The translations under genes were made by a program, and so were the position numbers. A stretch of 62,180 nucleotides of DNA, the filler included. It is 10 parts of 10 records of this genome, joined end to end, with 100 filler letters (N's around TTAATTAATTAA, not from the genome) between each part and the next. Parts side by side here need not be neighbours in the genome. Positions count along the whole stretch, not along the records: positions 1 to 9,442 come from SRR15195285_2622; positions 9,543 to 12,570 come from SRR15195285_2632; 8 more parts are not named here. One strand, given 5' to 3'. Below, piece by piece: positions 1-12,332 of this stretch. Position 1 is the stretch's first letter, and the number at the start of each line of letters is the position of its first letter. The notes below the pieces were generated by a model, which did no database searches, had not been told where the DNA came from, and saw only the letters and a program-made list of their open reading frames with translations.

Positions 1-3000
1 CGACCTCACCGAGGTATTTGACCTTGCGCTCATTCGTCCAGAGCCACGGGTGTGCCAGTATCTGCTCAGGGGTCGGGCGGGCATACGGTGACCCAGACAG
101 CATCGCGGATAGCACACTGACTTGTTCTGGCGACAGGCTTGCATCGTCTAGAGCTGTGTTGCCATCCAGTGTGTTCTGCTCCACTGTTTCGGCGCTGGTT
201 CCATCGACGGCAAACGGCTCACGACCTTCACTCAGGATAAAGAACAGCGTGCATCCCATCGAGAATATGTCAACTGCAATCGCGTCTTGCACTTGCACAA
301 AGACATCAACCTTCCGTCCATGGACAATTTCTGGCGAACGATAGCCCAATGTTGTGCCTGCAGTGTTGATTCTGGTTGCGACCGCATCCACATTGAGCAA
401 TGTGGCGCAACCGAATCCACACAGCACAGGGATCTGATCATAGCTGAGGAGCACATTATCTGGAGTGATATTGCAGTGCACAAATCCTGCGTCATGGAGC
501 CCTTGAACACCATCAACTATACCACGGCACAGCTTGTCCATCGCGCTTTCACCACTGGTGTAGGAGGAGAGATCGCTGAGAGACCTGTTCACCATAGCAG
601 CACGTACCGAGCATTCGCACGGCGCCATCGCCAAATAATACGTATGTCCATCTTCGTGTGCATGGAACAGATTGATGACATTCGGATGACGGCAGTAAGT
701 CATGATGCTGTCCTCAACGGAAATCAGCTCCCAGTCTGTCTTTCGAATCTTTACAACGCATGGCCTCGGCTCAGCACTTGAGTGGGCTTTGAACTCGCCG
801 CGATAGATCTTGCAGGTGCTACCCTCAGATGCGACGTCGTCACCAGGCTTGTAGAATATACCGACAAGCTGCGTTGTTCGGTACAGACTCAAAGCTCGTG
901 AGACAGCCTCGATTACCACTGCTAGCCCCAGAACAACGACGTTCAATACGATCAGAATGATTCCTACCTCCCGCTCGCGAATCAACTCGCACGAGTCCAC
1001 GAAACCAGTTTTGATCGCCAAGATGCACTGCATAGTGAAAAATAGGCTAGTATCTGCTAGCATGCGCATCTGGTTTGCACGTTGGTCTGCATAGGGCCGC
1101 ACAATAGCATTGACCACTGTGAAGAAGAATGCGATCACCACGCCGGCCAGGATCTGTGTCACACTACCCGCCGGCAACACTGTCAGCAGCGCTGAAAGGC
1201 ACAGTTTTCTCACGAAGTCCACTACCTCGAACCAAAAGTAGGCCGGTTTGTAGTCACGGATCATGAATTGAAATGTGTCTCGATCACCATACCACCAAGG
1301 CTTTCGATTATTCGAATCGGAGCTTTTTGCAGCCGACCAGATTGACGTCGGCTGTTCATCTTCCTGCGCAAGCTCGGTTTGTCCGTGGAGGCGAAGCGAG
1401 CTGTCCATCAGTCGCTTTTTGTTTAGACGAAACACCCACAGTGAACCCACAGGGATCCCAATGGGATACAGCACAAAACACATACACGCTAGGTACCAAT
1501 GGAGCACGTATCTGCCGTTGTCGCAGTCAATTCCATAGTCGTACCGCTGCAGTTCCATTGCAGAGTCGTAGCCAACTTTGTATGACACGCAATTGAGCAT
1601 GTGTACCACGCGTGTGATCAAAAATGGGTAGAAACAGAACAACACGATGAACGCTCTGTTCAGCAAGTTGTTGCTCTGAATTTGTGAGGTAGAATCTAGC
1701 GACGCAGCCGATCCAGACTGCATGCCATGCGCTTCACCGTGGTGGTCTGACACCGATCCCCCAAAAGATTCGGTCAAAGCGGCACTATTTGCATCACTGC
1801 GATTTCGAGGTACTAACTTGTTTGTTAGCTGTCGTACTTTCAAGGACATATCAGTTTTTTCGTACAATATGAGCCCTGCAAGCAATATCGGCACGCACAA
1901 CATAGCGAGTTGGAACTCGGCGAACAAATCTAGTGGATACATGCACTTCACATGCAGGTAACCGAGAATATCGCCTTTCAGGATACGTAGCTTGTCCAGC
2001 ACCAGTTCAAAGCTCGCAGGAAACGTCACAGACATGATGACCGGAAACTGCATTATCACCTGAAAATGAGAAACGATGATCTTGACGTAAACCTGCGCAG
2101 ATGCTTTTTCATCTGCATTTGCACTTGCCGAAACATATCCATGGCGCTCTGCGCTCTTGGACTTTTCACGCCGCTTCTGCTCTGCGATTTTCACGAGCTT
2201 CATCGGCAGGTACAACAGGACCGCGCATCCCAAAAACACAAGTCCTACCAGAACAAGCGCTTGCTCTCCCACGCTTTCTTGTGCGCAAGAGATGCAGAAT
2301 TTAGTGGTTCCACCGACGTAGTCATCCTTTTCAGAACTGCCGGTACATTCGGCGCACAATGGACTCGATGAGCTGTGCCCGTCTCGACAAAGGTAGCGAA
2401 CCGTACTGGAGTTGGATGGCACAAGCCCGGACCAAGAAACCATCATTCCGTCAGTAATCACTGCACTACCTGTGTGATCAAACTTTGTAGATTCGGCAGG
2501 CTTGTAATACTCTTCAAGACGGGACGCAGGTGTCGCACTGGCATCTTTGCGAAGGACAATATCCTGCCTCTCTCGGGACCCGCCACCATATCCTGATGCC
2601 ACTACTGCGTCTAAAAGCACGCTGGCATCATCATTTGCGACAATTGCAGAGCCTTCGTCTTCTTGCATTGCATGGTGCAGCTTCTCGACTGCATGCACTA
2701 GTTCTGCATCAGCTGGTAGAGCGTCTCTGTCGATAGCGAACCACTCACCGAGACACATCCGCGGCATCGGGCACTGGTAAATGTGAACACGTGTACGAAT
2801 ACCGGCTTCGCGTGTCATCATGTCGTACAGACTGCGTTGTTGGAAGTCGACCCTGCCGTAACCAGGCTGTATCAACGGAACTGAAGAGATGCCGTCCGGC
2901 CCTTCAGGGCAGCGCACGCAAGGCTGAAGAGTCGTGTTTGAAACTGGGCACGGTAGGCAGAAAGTTTTTGAAATGTCTGGGCTTATGTCCTCCGGCTCGT

Positions 3001-6000
3001 CCAAACACGAACTATCACACGACAGCTCGATGCGTCTTGCGTCGTAGTAGCCTGGCGCGCACTTGCACACACCATGTACAGCAACCTGCGTGTTCGGGCA
3101 CGGTGCACACCCTGAGTGTTCCGTATTGATAACCTGGTCGCTAGAACACTCGTGGCACTGCTCGCCTCCTACTGAAAATGTACGCCCCGTGCACGCCGTG
3201 CATGCTGTGCAATTATTGGCTGGCTCTGATCCAGCGGGGCAAGGCACGCATGCAGTCTGGTCCGGATTGGCGATATGTCCGTCAGGGCAGACTGTACAAG
3301 ACAGAGAAAAGCCCTGTGCCATAGTACACACGAGACCATGCGGACAGCGGTTTTCTGAACATCCTCCTATTCCAGCTCGAATGCCACCGCCCATATAGAC
3401 CGCGCCATCACTGAACGCAGCGTAAGAGACATGGTACAGGCGAAGAGACTGGAGAGTGTCAAAGTAGATGTCTCGCCCGACGAGATCAACGTTAGTAGCT
3501 GCATTTGCCTGAAACTGCGCGCCCGCAACAGAGACCTGCACAGACGCATCACCGCCAGTGTAAATCCCTCCTCCGTACTGAGCAATTCCCGCGCTGAAAC
3601 TTGCGTTGTTTATGTCAAGGGTTGAGTTGCCGACCAGGCCCAAGGCTCCGCCCGATGTATGTGCCTGGTTGCGCTCAAAGTGTACCTGCTGTGCTACCAG
3701 ATGTGTGCTCTCAATCCATATGCCGCCGCCCATTTCGGCACCATTATCAGAAAAGCGCACGTGCTGTAGCTCCATTAGCTGAGTTTCACAGTGCCAGCGG
3801 CATGACGAGAATATAGCGCCACCTTTGTTGGCCCGATTTCTGATGAACTCTACGTTTTCAATTGTTGCCTCGGTATCGTGAACAAACAAGGCCCCTCCAT
3901 ACTCGGCAGGATTTCCGACAAAGCTCAGAAAACGGATTACCACCCGAACAACGTCTTGCATATGTATTCGACCAGGCGCCCGTACATAAACTGTGTCGTT
4001 GTGCATCAAGTGGCCCTGGATCACTGCTGAGTCACGTGGTTCTGGTACCAACGCGTGTGATGGCACGTAGCTCAAAAGCCAGGCCGAGCTTGTGTCTATG
4101 CTATTCACTGGTAGCAATCCAGATGCTAAGCTGGAGGGAAGGAGTGTGGGCCATGAAGATGTACCGTGATTATATACGTAGGAGCAACTGCGACCTGTTG
4201 GCTCGTCATCTGTGTGTGTGTTCAGTGCGCGAAAACTGTACAAATGAATCATGCACGTGCCATCGGACCCATCTTGGGTAATGGTCAGACTGTCGGAGGG
4301 GCCGTACGTGAATCGCAACGTCTGTCTAGCCGCAGCATGATACTGCGAATATAATACTCGTGTGCTGACAGCCACTGTGATAAGACAAACGGCATTGTCA
4401 TGATGCATTCCGAAATTGATCTCGGCTGTGTTGTATCCAGATGGCAACGATGCCAAAGTCAATGAGCTCATGCAGTCTCCGTGGCACCCAAAGCCAGCTG
4501 CGATGTCCATTGCAGGCACGGGTCAGTCACGCGGTTTAAACTGCGGTGATCACAGAAGGAAGCTGAGCAAGCGCACTAGGTTAGACTCACCAAATGGACC
4601 TTCCGCAGATATACCTGTAGAGCACGTTTGACACAGCCCTCCGTCACACGCACTCGACAGTCCTTGTGTGTAGCAAACTTCGAAGCTATCGATCCTATCT
4701 AGCGTCCAACCGTTCTCCGCAAGCGATCGACACGGCCCAGCTTCATGATGCAGTGCACCACAGTCGTTGTGCGACGGAGTGTTGATTCCATTGCGGCCAA
4801 AATGAGCAACTACGATCGGTGGCGCGTCAACTTCCTCGCAATCCACATGGGTGTGTCGAACCAGTGTCGCTGCATCATACTCGCACGATTCTACACCATT
4901 TGCCATTGGGCTGTAGTTGTTAGCGAGACTGTCAGAACATGCAGCGCGAACACAACTAGTCACATCCACACCTTCGCCGTCACGGATCGATCGTCGTCCC
5001 GCTGGACACTGCAAACATTGTTCAGCAGCATCAGTCCCGCCGCGGTATGTTCCCGCTGGACAAGGCGCACAGATTCTCGACGAAACTTCGACTCCGTTTG
5101 TCAGGTCGTGCGCAATCTCTTCGTACCGCCCTGCAACACACTGTGTGCACTCTGTTGGTGCCACTGAGCCTGTACGCGCAGTGGACCCGGACGGACAGAT
5201 TTCGCAAGTTGTTGCCATCGAGCTCTCTACATCGAGACTGGAAAAGGTGCCGATTGGACACGCAATGCAAGCAGTGCTCGCGTCCTCATCATGATCAAAG
5301 TAGCCCGCAGCACAAGGTCGGCATGTGTCCGATCGGCGCACCGATACAGCGTCAATTAACACAGAATACCCGTATGGTGGGCGCAGAAACTGTTCCACTT
5401 GTTGGTGTGATGTCACGTCTTGACCAGACTGGTACGGTGAAGTGTTTTGAAATCTTATCACCGATGCTGTGGCCACAGCCTCGAATCGCACACTGATCGT
5501 GCTGAAACGATTTTGCAGTTGTCCCGGCCCCCAGATAGGACGGCCGTCGGCATACACGGACAACCGCTCAGCAGCGTCTTCACTTGCTTGCAGCGGCACT
5601 GCAGCGGAAAAGGTGAGCACGTACTGCGACCGTACGTTCAGGCCAGCAACGTTCTGCTCCAGATAGCCGCCCCCGCCAGCGATGGCGACGTAGTAGCTGC
5701 CACTCGGGGCTGTTTGAGCAGGTCGCTCCGCACTGCCCCAAGCGTTGTTGTGCTCGCCCACCGGACTGTACACGAGTACAGCTCCCCAATGCTTCAGCTG
5801 GCTCGACACTCCGCTCCATCCATCAGGTAGCGAAAATGTACCAGCGGTTCGACAGTCGACGTCTGTACACGCATTGCTTTCAAAGTCGCCGTTCACGACC
5901 ACACCCTCGGTCACCTCAGAACCAGGTGGACAAACGAGGCACGCCACCGCACCGATCTCTGTGGTGAATTGGCCAGGCGGGCAGGGAACGCACGCAGTTG

Positions 6001-9000
6001 CTGCGCTACTATCAGCATCATATAGACCAGCCTTGCACGGTGAGCAAGCTGAGTCTGCTTCGGCATCTCCAAGCGCGCTTCCTGCGATGATGACAGCACC
6101 GTTCACAACACCTAGTGTTAACAGCGCGGAAGCATCAGCCACTGAAGGCTCTGGCGCAAGGACCTGTCTGGTTCCTATCGGATTAGTTAGCGTCGCTCCG
6201 GCGCGAATCTGAAGGTTGGCAAGTGCACCCCATGGCTTCGTGCCGTTGTCGGCACTGCCAATTGCGTCGATGGAGAAAGCGCAGCCTAGACTAGGATCAA
6301 TTGTACGTCCAACTAGCTCGCCGTCCACGAAATGAGTGTACTCAGTTCCCGAGCGCGATATTGCCAATTGCCGCCAGGCGGATGCGACACGGGGCTGAAA
6401 TATTGTGATCGAAGTAGCTGGCGCTGCGGCACAAGTCTCAGCTGATTCGCCAGTCAGCTGCAGTCCTGGCAGCACATGACCGCACCGACACTCCTGCTGT
6501 CCACCACCAACATTGCTAGTCGCTGCTGATGAAATACTATCTACCTGTAGCTCATCCTCCGGAATGCAGCAGGTGTTCCCGCAAACATTCCACCCATCGT
6601 CACAGTCTTGATCAAATCCGAGGAACATTGTCGCAATGTGCTTGAGCTGGCCTGCATGATAGAACCCACTTCGGCATGAACTCCCTTCACAAGAGGTACA
6701 GCAGTTATCGTCGGTGTCGGTGCCTCCAAACGGCGATCGCTGTCGGCATGCAGCATGACGGCCGCCTGCGGCACACGGAAGAACATCCCAGCAGCGTGCA
6801 CCAGGGCTATCTGGAAGCCAGAAGCTACAGCCTGCAGCTTGCAAGCAGCTCTGCTCGTCTTCGCATCCGTTGCAATTGTCTGCGCTGCAGTCTGTCGCGA
6901 TTGAATTAGGCTGAGTCCACCCAGTCACACCGTAGTAAGTACCCGGCCCTCTGGCTTCACAGTGCTCGGCACACTCACCAATCGATTCGACTACGATTGG
7001 CGGATAATTACTCGCGCCGTCCCACACGCCATCGCCGGCGGGAACACGGGCAACCGTGATGCTGTAGGCGTTGCCGTGTGCACTCAGTGAATAGATGCCG
7101 CTATCTGGTGCGTTCCAAACATCCGCATTCCACCCCAACATGTCGCCCTGTTCGCTGTAGAGCGGACCAAATCTGCCGCCGCGCTGCTGCGTGGGTGTCC
7201 GCAGATTCGCTGCACCGGTCTGGTTGCGGTCGTCAAACATCCAGAACCGCGGCTGACTCGAGTCGACAGCGAAGATATTCACGTTGCCGATGGCCCAGGC
7301 TTCGTTGTTTGCAGCCTCGTTGACGGTCGATGTCACCCGCAGCACGAGCGAGGCGCCGCTGTACGTGTGCGTCACGTCAACCACAGCCTGACGACTGCCG
7401 CTGTATGTGTCGCTCCACACAAGGTCCTCGCCGATGAAAACCTGAGCGGTCTCTTGGTCCCACGAGCCCCGCGCGTAAAACGTCAGGGACACGTGTACCG
7501 CTGCGGTATGTCCATCGGCGAGGCCAGTGTCGAGCTCGTACTGTGCGGCCCCGCCTCGACCAAACCATCCGAGAACGGCGGATCTCTCAAAGCTAGCCAA
7601 GGTCAAGCTACCACTAGCCAAGGTCAAGCTACCACTGTCTTGCATGCCGCCGGTCCAACCTGCAACAGAGCCGCTGGCAAACGCGTCTGTATATGCGAAT
7701 CCACGCACACATGCAGCGTCAGACCAGGATGCAGCGTCAAACCAGGAGCAACCACTTTGCTGGTTACACTGAGCTCTGTGGGCACAGCTTGGGCAGTACT
7801 CTGAGCATGCCAGTGCCTCGTCGCTGCTTTCGTAGCTGTACATAAATGCATGTGAAACGGAATTGTAGTACGCCGTGCTGCTCGGCCCCCAGCGAGCAAA
7901 CGGCGCGTACCGACCATTGTACTTTGTGTCGGGATGATCCGAGATAAGCACCTCCGCCCAGTCCGACAGATAGCACCCGAGGCTGCTTGACTGTAGCAAG
8001 AAGCTGTCGATAGTACCGTGGTTCCATGCGGAGGTTCCATCACCCTGCACGCACGCTGTTTGCACTTCGACTGTGTAACCTTGTGCATCGCCTCCCCAGC
8101 CACATGAATTTCTGCAGTTGCCCTGTTCATCGGCGTTGCTGCTGCCCGGACAGATGCATCTCCTCTCAGACAGCTTGAAGTTGAATCGTGGCGATCCGTT
8201 GCAGCGCGCGTCACTTAAAACCTGGCGTGCGCACTGTAGTAAATCGGTTGTCTGGTCAAGCTCTGTATAGCCCTCGCAGCAGTACGTTCCTGGGGCGCCT
8301 ATCTGTGTTAAGCAGACGCCATCGTCGCTTGCGACGTCACAAGTGGATGTATCGCATCGATCGTGGCTGTTCCCGGATGCGACACCGCCACCGCCACTGG
8401 ACGTAGCAGTCCTGGACGTAGCAGGTGCTTGCGCAACGCGGCACACTGATGGCATCGATGTAGGGAATCTCGGGTTGACAGTTTCAAGATCCGAATCGTC
8501 CCAACCGCCCCACATACTTCCAGCAAATCCGCCTACGAATTCTGGTAGCGGCGTGATTGAGACATAGTCCTGGCGGCCACCAGAATCATTTGTTCTAGTG
8601 CCACTCGGTTCACCAGTGCACCAGTCAGAATAATCGAATTCGCTCGAGTCAGTGTACATCCAGGTGCCTTCCTCCTCCGCGTCATTTAATCCGATCCAAA
8701 AGCCGAAGCTCCCATCGTACCCCGCCACAGCCTCGATCTCGTCCTGCTGTTCGCGGCTGTGAATGCTCACCAGGTGCCCTCCCAACGATACACACCTCGC
8801 CTCAGCGTCGGGCCAGTTCAAATGATCCGCTGTAAAAACGTAACTGGATTGTCCAGAAACTCGAGCTGGAACATCGAACAACATCCCGTCGGCGTGCCCC
8901 GGCGAGCGGAACCAGCCCTGCAGAGTAAAATCGCCCTGCACTTGCAGGCCCCACTTGCCTAACCGCAATGCATCGCCGACGCCAAACAGAAGTCCGGCCA

Positions 9001-9442
9001 TGCCTTTGTCCGGACCCTCAATGATCGTCGGGTTGCCAATGAGGGACGGTGCCACGGTGGCCTCGGTTCCAGCGATGCACACCCCACAACTACTGGATTC
9101 CGGAGTTGGAGTAAAACCAACTGAGCACGGGCCTGCCTGGTAAACGCTGTTGTGAATGACGGGCGCTCCGTCGTCACCTTCGGATTCACCGCCACACAAG
9201 AACGCAGAGTTGCCCCTGCATGGTTGACTGCAGGCGTCATCGGATCTTGCCCCCCACCGTTCTGGGCTGCAAACACATCTGTCGCCCGGCTGCAACCCAA
9301 AGTGTGTGTGGTCCCGCCCACATGCGGATGCACAGCTCCACGGGTTGGTGATCCCGGAGATGATGACGCGTGCTTCCGGCGCAGCGCCAAGCTCTGCCAG
9401 TTCATGCACTTCGTCGACGCCCGTGCAAACGAAGCCGATCTC
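1..9442 (-). CDS. Giant multipass membrane receptor (>3,100 aa, partial at both ends): WSC, C-type lectin, LamG-like, Cys-rich GCC2/GCC3-type repeats, galactose-binding-like domain, Pmp-like GGAI/FxxN repeats, multipass TM region, IRE1/RNase L-like pseudokinase
   Basis: ORF 4550..9409 is open to the contig end at 9442. An in-frame 93-nt intron at 4498-4590 (GTGAGT...CTGAC...CGCAG) joins it to a stop-free frame running from 4497 to base 1, which the ORF track omits, presumably because it has no stop in the window. Motifs: WSC (CASAC...CRGNSAFLCGG), CTL (NWPDAEARCVSLGGHLVSIHS...FWIGLND), GGALF/GGAIF/GGGIW repeats at ~3520-3950, TM motif DYKPAYFWFEVVDFVRKL at ~1200-1260, and a kinase fold at ~40-840. 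Confidence 0.88.
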
Positions 9443-9542
9443 NNNNNNNNNNNNNNNNNNNNNNNNNNNNNNNNNNNNNNNNNNNNTTAATTAATTAANN
9501 NNNNNNNNNNNNNNNNNNNNNNNNNNNNNNNNNNNNNNNNNN
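9443..9542. other. Artificial contig linker (N44-TTAATTAATTAA-N44). Identical linkers at 12571-12670, 18619-18718, 24827-24926, 33938-34037, 37820-37919, 43860-43959, 47079-47178 and 54162-54261
   Basis: The same 100-bp N/all-frame-stop spacer occurs nine times, and genes are cut at several of them. Confidence 0.99.
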
Positions 9543-10811
9543 CCACCACCGCCGCCGCTGCTGCTGCTGCTACTGCTCGGTGCACTCGAGTTGTCAGCTC
9601 GAGGCAGCAGTGCGTCTCTTCACCCCGAGTCGCGGTACGGCCATTGCAGCGTGCTGGTGGACGACCAACTGTGGGTGATCGGCGGCAGCCAGCGGCTGAC
9701 CGGCACCCTTGACAGTCGCGTTCTGGTGTTCGACCCTGTCTCTAGACAGTACACGCACGCGATGGACGTTGGCTTGCCTGGCCTCGAAGGACATAGCTGC
9801 AGTGTGACACCAGGTGGTTTTGCCGGTGGGTATATGGTCTACATCGTTGGTGGGTGGTCAAATGAGACCGGGATTCCTGCTCCGACGAGAAAGGCATGGA
9901 TGATTCACGCGACGAATGCCCACACTTCAACCACCATGCTGTTGCCCCAGCTTCCCGCACCACTACGTCGTCACAGCGCTGTCGTAACTCAAATGACAGA
10001 GGCGATTTACGTGTGGGGCGGAAGCCATGGCGGCCCTGACAACAGCAACAACACCAACCAACTGCTACGATTGGGACTCAACCCGCGCAGCTCGGCGTGG
10101 GAAATTGTCCTTACCACCGGGACGCCGCCAAGCCCTCGCTATGGCCACACGGCCACGTTGAACAGCTTTGTGTGGCAGCACTTCGAAGGCTACATGGCTG
10201 TTGTGGGGGGGAGGGACTGCAATGCCGGCCCGAACTGCGCAGAGCGTAGTCGGGACGGCTATTTGTCTGACGTCTACGTACTTGACCTTGACAAGTTGAG
10301 CTGGCTTGCCGCCACTCCGGAGATGGGTCCGGGGGGTAAAACAAATGGTCTTGAGGCAAGATACGGGCATACCGCAGTGTTGATTGGCGATGCTGGCACA
10401 GCTCAGCTGTGTGTGCTGGCAGGAACAACCCTCAACAGCAGCTGTGCCGAGCGACACGGTGGAGACGTCAGTGGCTGTGTGTATCACAGTGACGAAATCT
10501 TGTGCACTCATTCGGGTTGGCAGACGGGCAATGCACACTGGAGTACGGTCCCAGCTGTAACTGGTCACGGTCCAATATCCCGCGACCGACACACAACAAC
10601 CCTTGTCTCGCGGCCAAGCGCGCCGTGTGTCGACTGCGGTCACGGTGAGCCTAGACCGGTCACCCATGAATATCGCTGGCTAGACGCAGGTGGCTTTCAT
10701 AGCGGCAGCCCGATCAGCACCAAAAAAATATATGGATATGGTGTGCACGAACTGCACTTTGCACCTGGGGTTGTAAACCCGTGGAGTTGGACACCTGTAT
10801 GGCCGGAGTAA
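9543..10811 (+). CDS. Secreted Kelch-repeat beta-propeller protein, 5' truncated
   Basis: About six Kelch repeats (RYGHCSV...LWVIGG, RRHSAV...IYVWGG, PSPRYGHTA...AVVGG). The frame is open to the contig start through a poly-Leu, signal-peptide-like stretch. Confidence 0.85.
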   Translation, partial: PPPPPLLLLLLLGALELSARGSSASLHPESRYGHCSVLVDDQLWVIGGSQRLTGTLDSRVLVFDPVSRQYTHAMDVGLPGLEGHSCSVTPGGFAGGYMVYIVGGWSNETGIPAPTRKAWMIHATNAHTSTTMLLPQLPAPLRRHSAVVTQMTEAIYVWGGSHGGPDNSNNTNQLLRLGLNPRSSAWEIVLTTGTPPSPRYGHTATLNSFVWQHFEGYMAVVGGRDCNAGPNCAERSRDGYLSDVYVLDLDKLSWLAATPEMGPGGKTNGLEARYGHTAVLIGDAGTAQLCVLAGTTLNSSCAERHGGDVSGCVYHSDEILCTHSGWQTGNAHWSTVPAVTGHGPISRDRHTTTLVSRPSAPCVDCGHGEPRPVTHEYRWLDAGGFHSGSPISTKKIYGYGVHELHFAPGVVNPWSWTPVWPE

Positions 10812-11294
10812 AAGCACTCGTGCCAGTGGGCGCGCGTTGTCCGCGCTGATCACTCGACGACTTGACCTACAAAACAATAAACTAAAGCGACAAATGAAGC
10901 GTTTCAATCTCACAGCTGCCTCCGAATGGCAGACCGAGTACGGTGCTACTGAACTGTCACACACCAGGTTGTTGGGTACCCAGTCTACGAGTCGGGCGGG
11001 GCCAGCTTAGATCTGTTGAAGGCGAGCTCGTCCACGTCGTCACTGAGCTTAGCTGGGCATCTAGCGTGCGTTTGTCGGCAGGCAGTAGTTGCTCCTCTTT
11101 GAGTTGACTGGTTGTCCCTATCAGGTGCTAGCATCCCCACTTGATGCTCTCAGCATATGGATGACCGCTAGAGTTCATCGAGATCATCCTGTTGCAGACA
11201 TTGCTGCCGCAACATTGTGTAATAATATAACGATTGTTGTCGTGGTTCGACAGTGCATAAAAAAACGGTGTTGCAAGCAACGTGCTTATCATTG

Positions 11295-12332
11295 CTATAA
11301 ACTCGCCAGTGGTTGTGGAGGACCAAAGCTTGTGCTGACCACCTCACCCAAACAGAACTGACGTAGGCTTGTCAAGAAAATTTTGCGGCATCTCCGAGCA
11401 TTTCCAGTGGAATACCACCCATCGTGCGGGGACATGAGCAAGTTTGGAGCTTGCCAAAGCGAAGAGGACACAGGCAACGGTTCCTCGCTGAACACGTCCA
11501 AGTAGGCGCAACCGAGCTGCCCTGTGCGTAGTGCCGCATTCACCGCAGCTTCATCGACGACTGCCCCTCTCCCGACGTTGATCAGGCCTGCTCCCACTGG
11601 CATCGCGTCAATGATCTGCGAGTTGACCACACGCTCCGTCTGTGGCGTGTGTGGCACTGTAACAATCAGCCAGTCCGCGTGTGCTACCTTCTTCTGCAGC
11701 TCTGTCGGTGGTGCAATCTCGTCCACACAGCCTTCGTCCTCTGGCTCTGTGCTTGCGGTCCGCCTCACACCGATTACCCGCAGGCCAATTGCTCGCAGGA
11801 GCCTGCCTATTTCTCTACCGATACTCCCAAACCCAAACACGACCGCCGTCTGATCGCCCAGCTCCTTCTTATTGTTTGGCGTGTTGACCCACCGGTGCTG
11901 TCGCTGATGTTCAAGATACGTTGGGATTCGAGCCCAGAGCGCAAGCAGCCCTGCCACAGCGTGCTGTGCAACAGGAATTGCGTTGTATCCTGGGGCGTAA
12001 CTTAGTACGCAGCCGCGCTCGTAGAGGTCACGCAGTCCCGAGATGGCTCCGAACGCCCAGTCAGTTCCAACGAGAGGCAGCGAGAAGAATCTCAGCCGCG
12101 GCATCTTGTGAATTTGCTCATAGACCTTCATGTCCAGCAAAGGTCCCGATAGCTCCGGCGTGACACCCACCAGGGTGATCTCTTGCAGCTGCTCCTCCGT
12201 CAGGACACCGTCTGGAGGTACACCCAACAGGTCGATTGCCAGGCCCGCTTCACCGGCGATGGCATGTATTGCAGCGCTCTCCTCTTCCAGCACTTCTCGA
12301 GCCACCAGCAGAACGTGACGGTGCTTTTCCAT
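11295..12332 (-). CDS. D-isomer-specific 2-hydroxyacid dehydrogenase (NAD-binding)
   Basis: GFGSIG Rossmann motif, INVGRGAVVDE, LDVFSEEPLP and catalytic SPH. The start at the first ATG (MEKHRH, 12332) is a best guess. Confidence 0.9.
   Translation of the reverse strand: MEKHRHVLLVAREVLEEESAAIHAIAGEAGLAIDLLGVPPDGVLTEEQLQEITLVGVTPELSGPLLDMKVYEQIHKMPRLRFFSLPLVGTDWAFGAISGLRDLYERGCVLSYAPGYNAIPVAQHAVAGLLALWARIPTYLEHQRQHRWVNTPNNKKELGDQTAVVFGFGSIGREIGRLLRAIGLRVIGVRRTASTEPEDEGCVDEIAPPTELQKKVAHADWLIVTVPHTPQTERVVNSQIIDAMPVGAGLINVGRGAVVDEAAVNAALRTGQLGCAYLDVFSEEPLPVSSSLWQAPNLLMSPHDGWYSTGNARRCRKIFLTSLRQFCLGEVVSTSFGPPQPLASL

Noticed and set aside
4550-4552. Stop codon ending the 1619-aa ORF (readthrough or pseudogene)
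   Set aside because: It lies inside a canonical 93-nt GT-AG intron (4498-4590).
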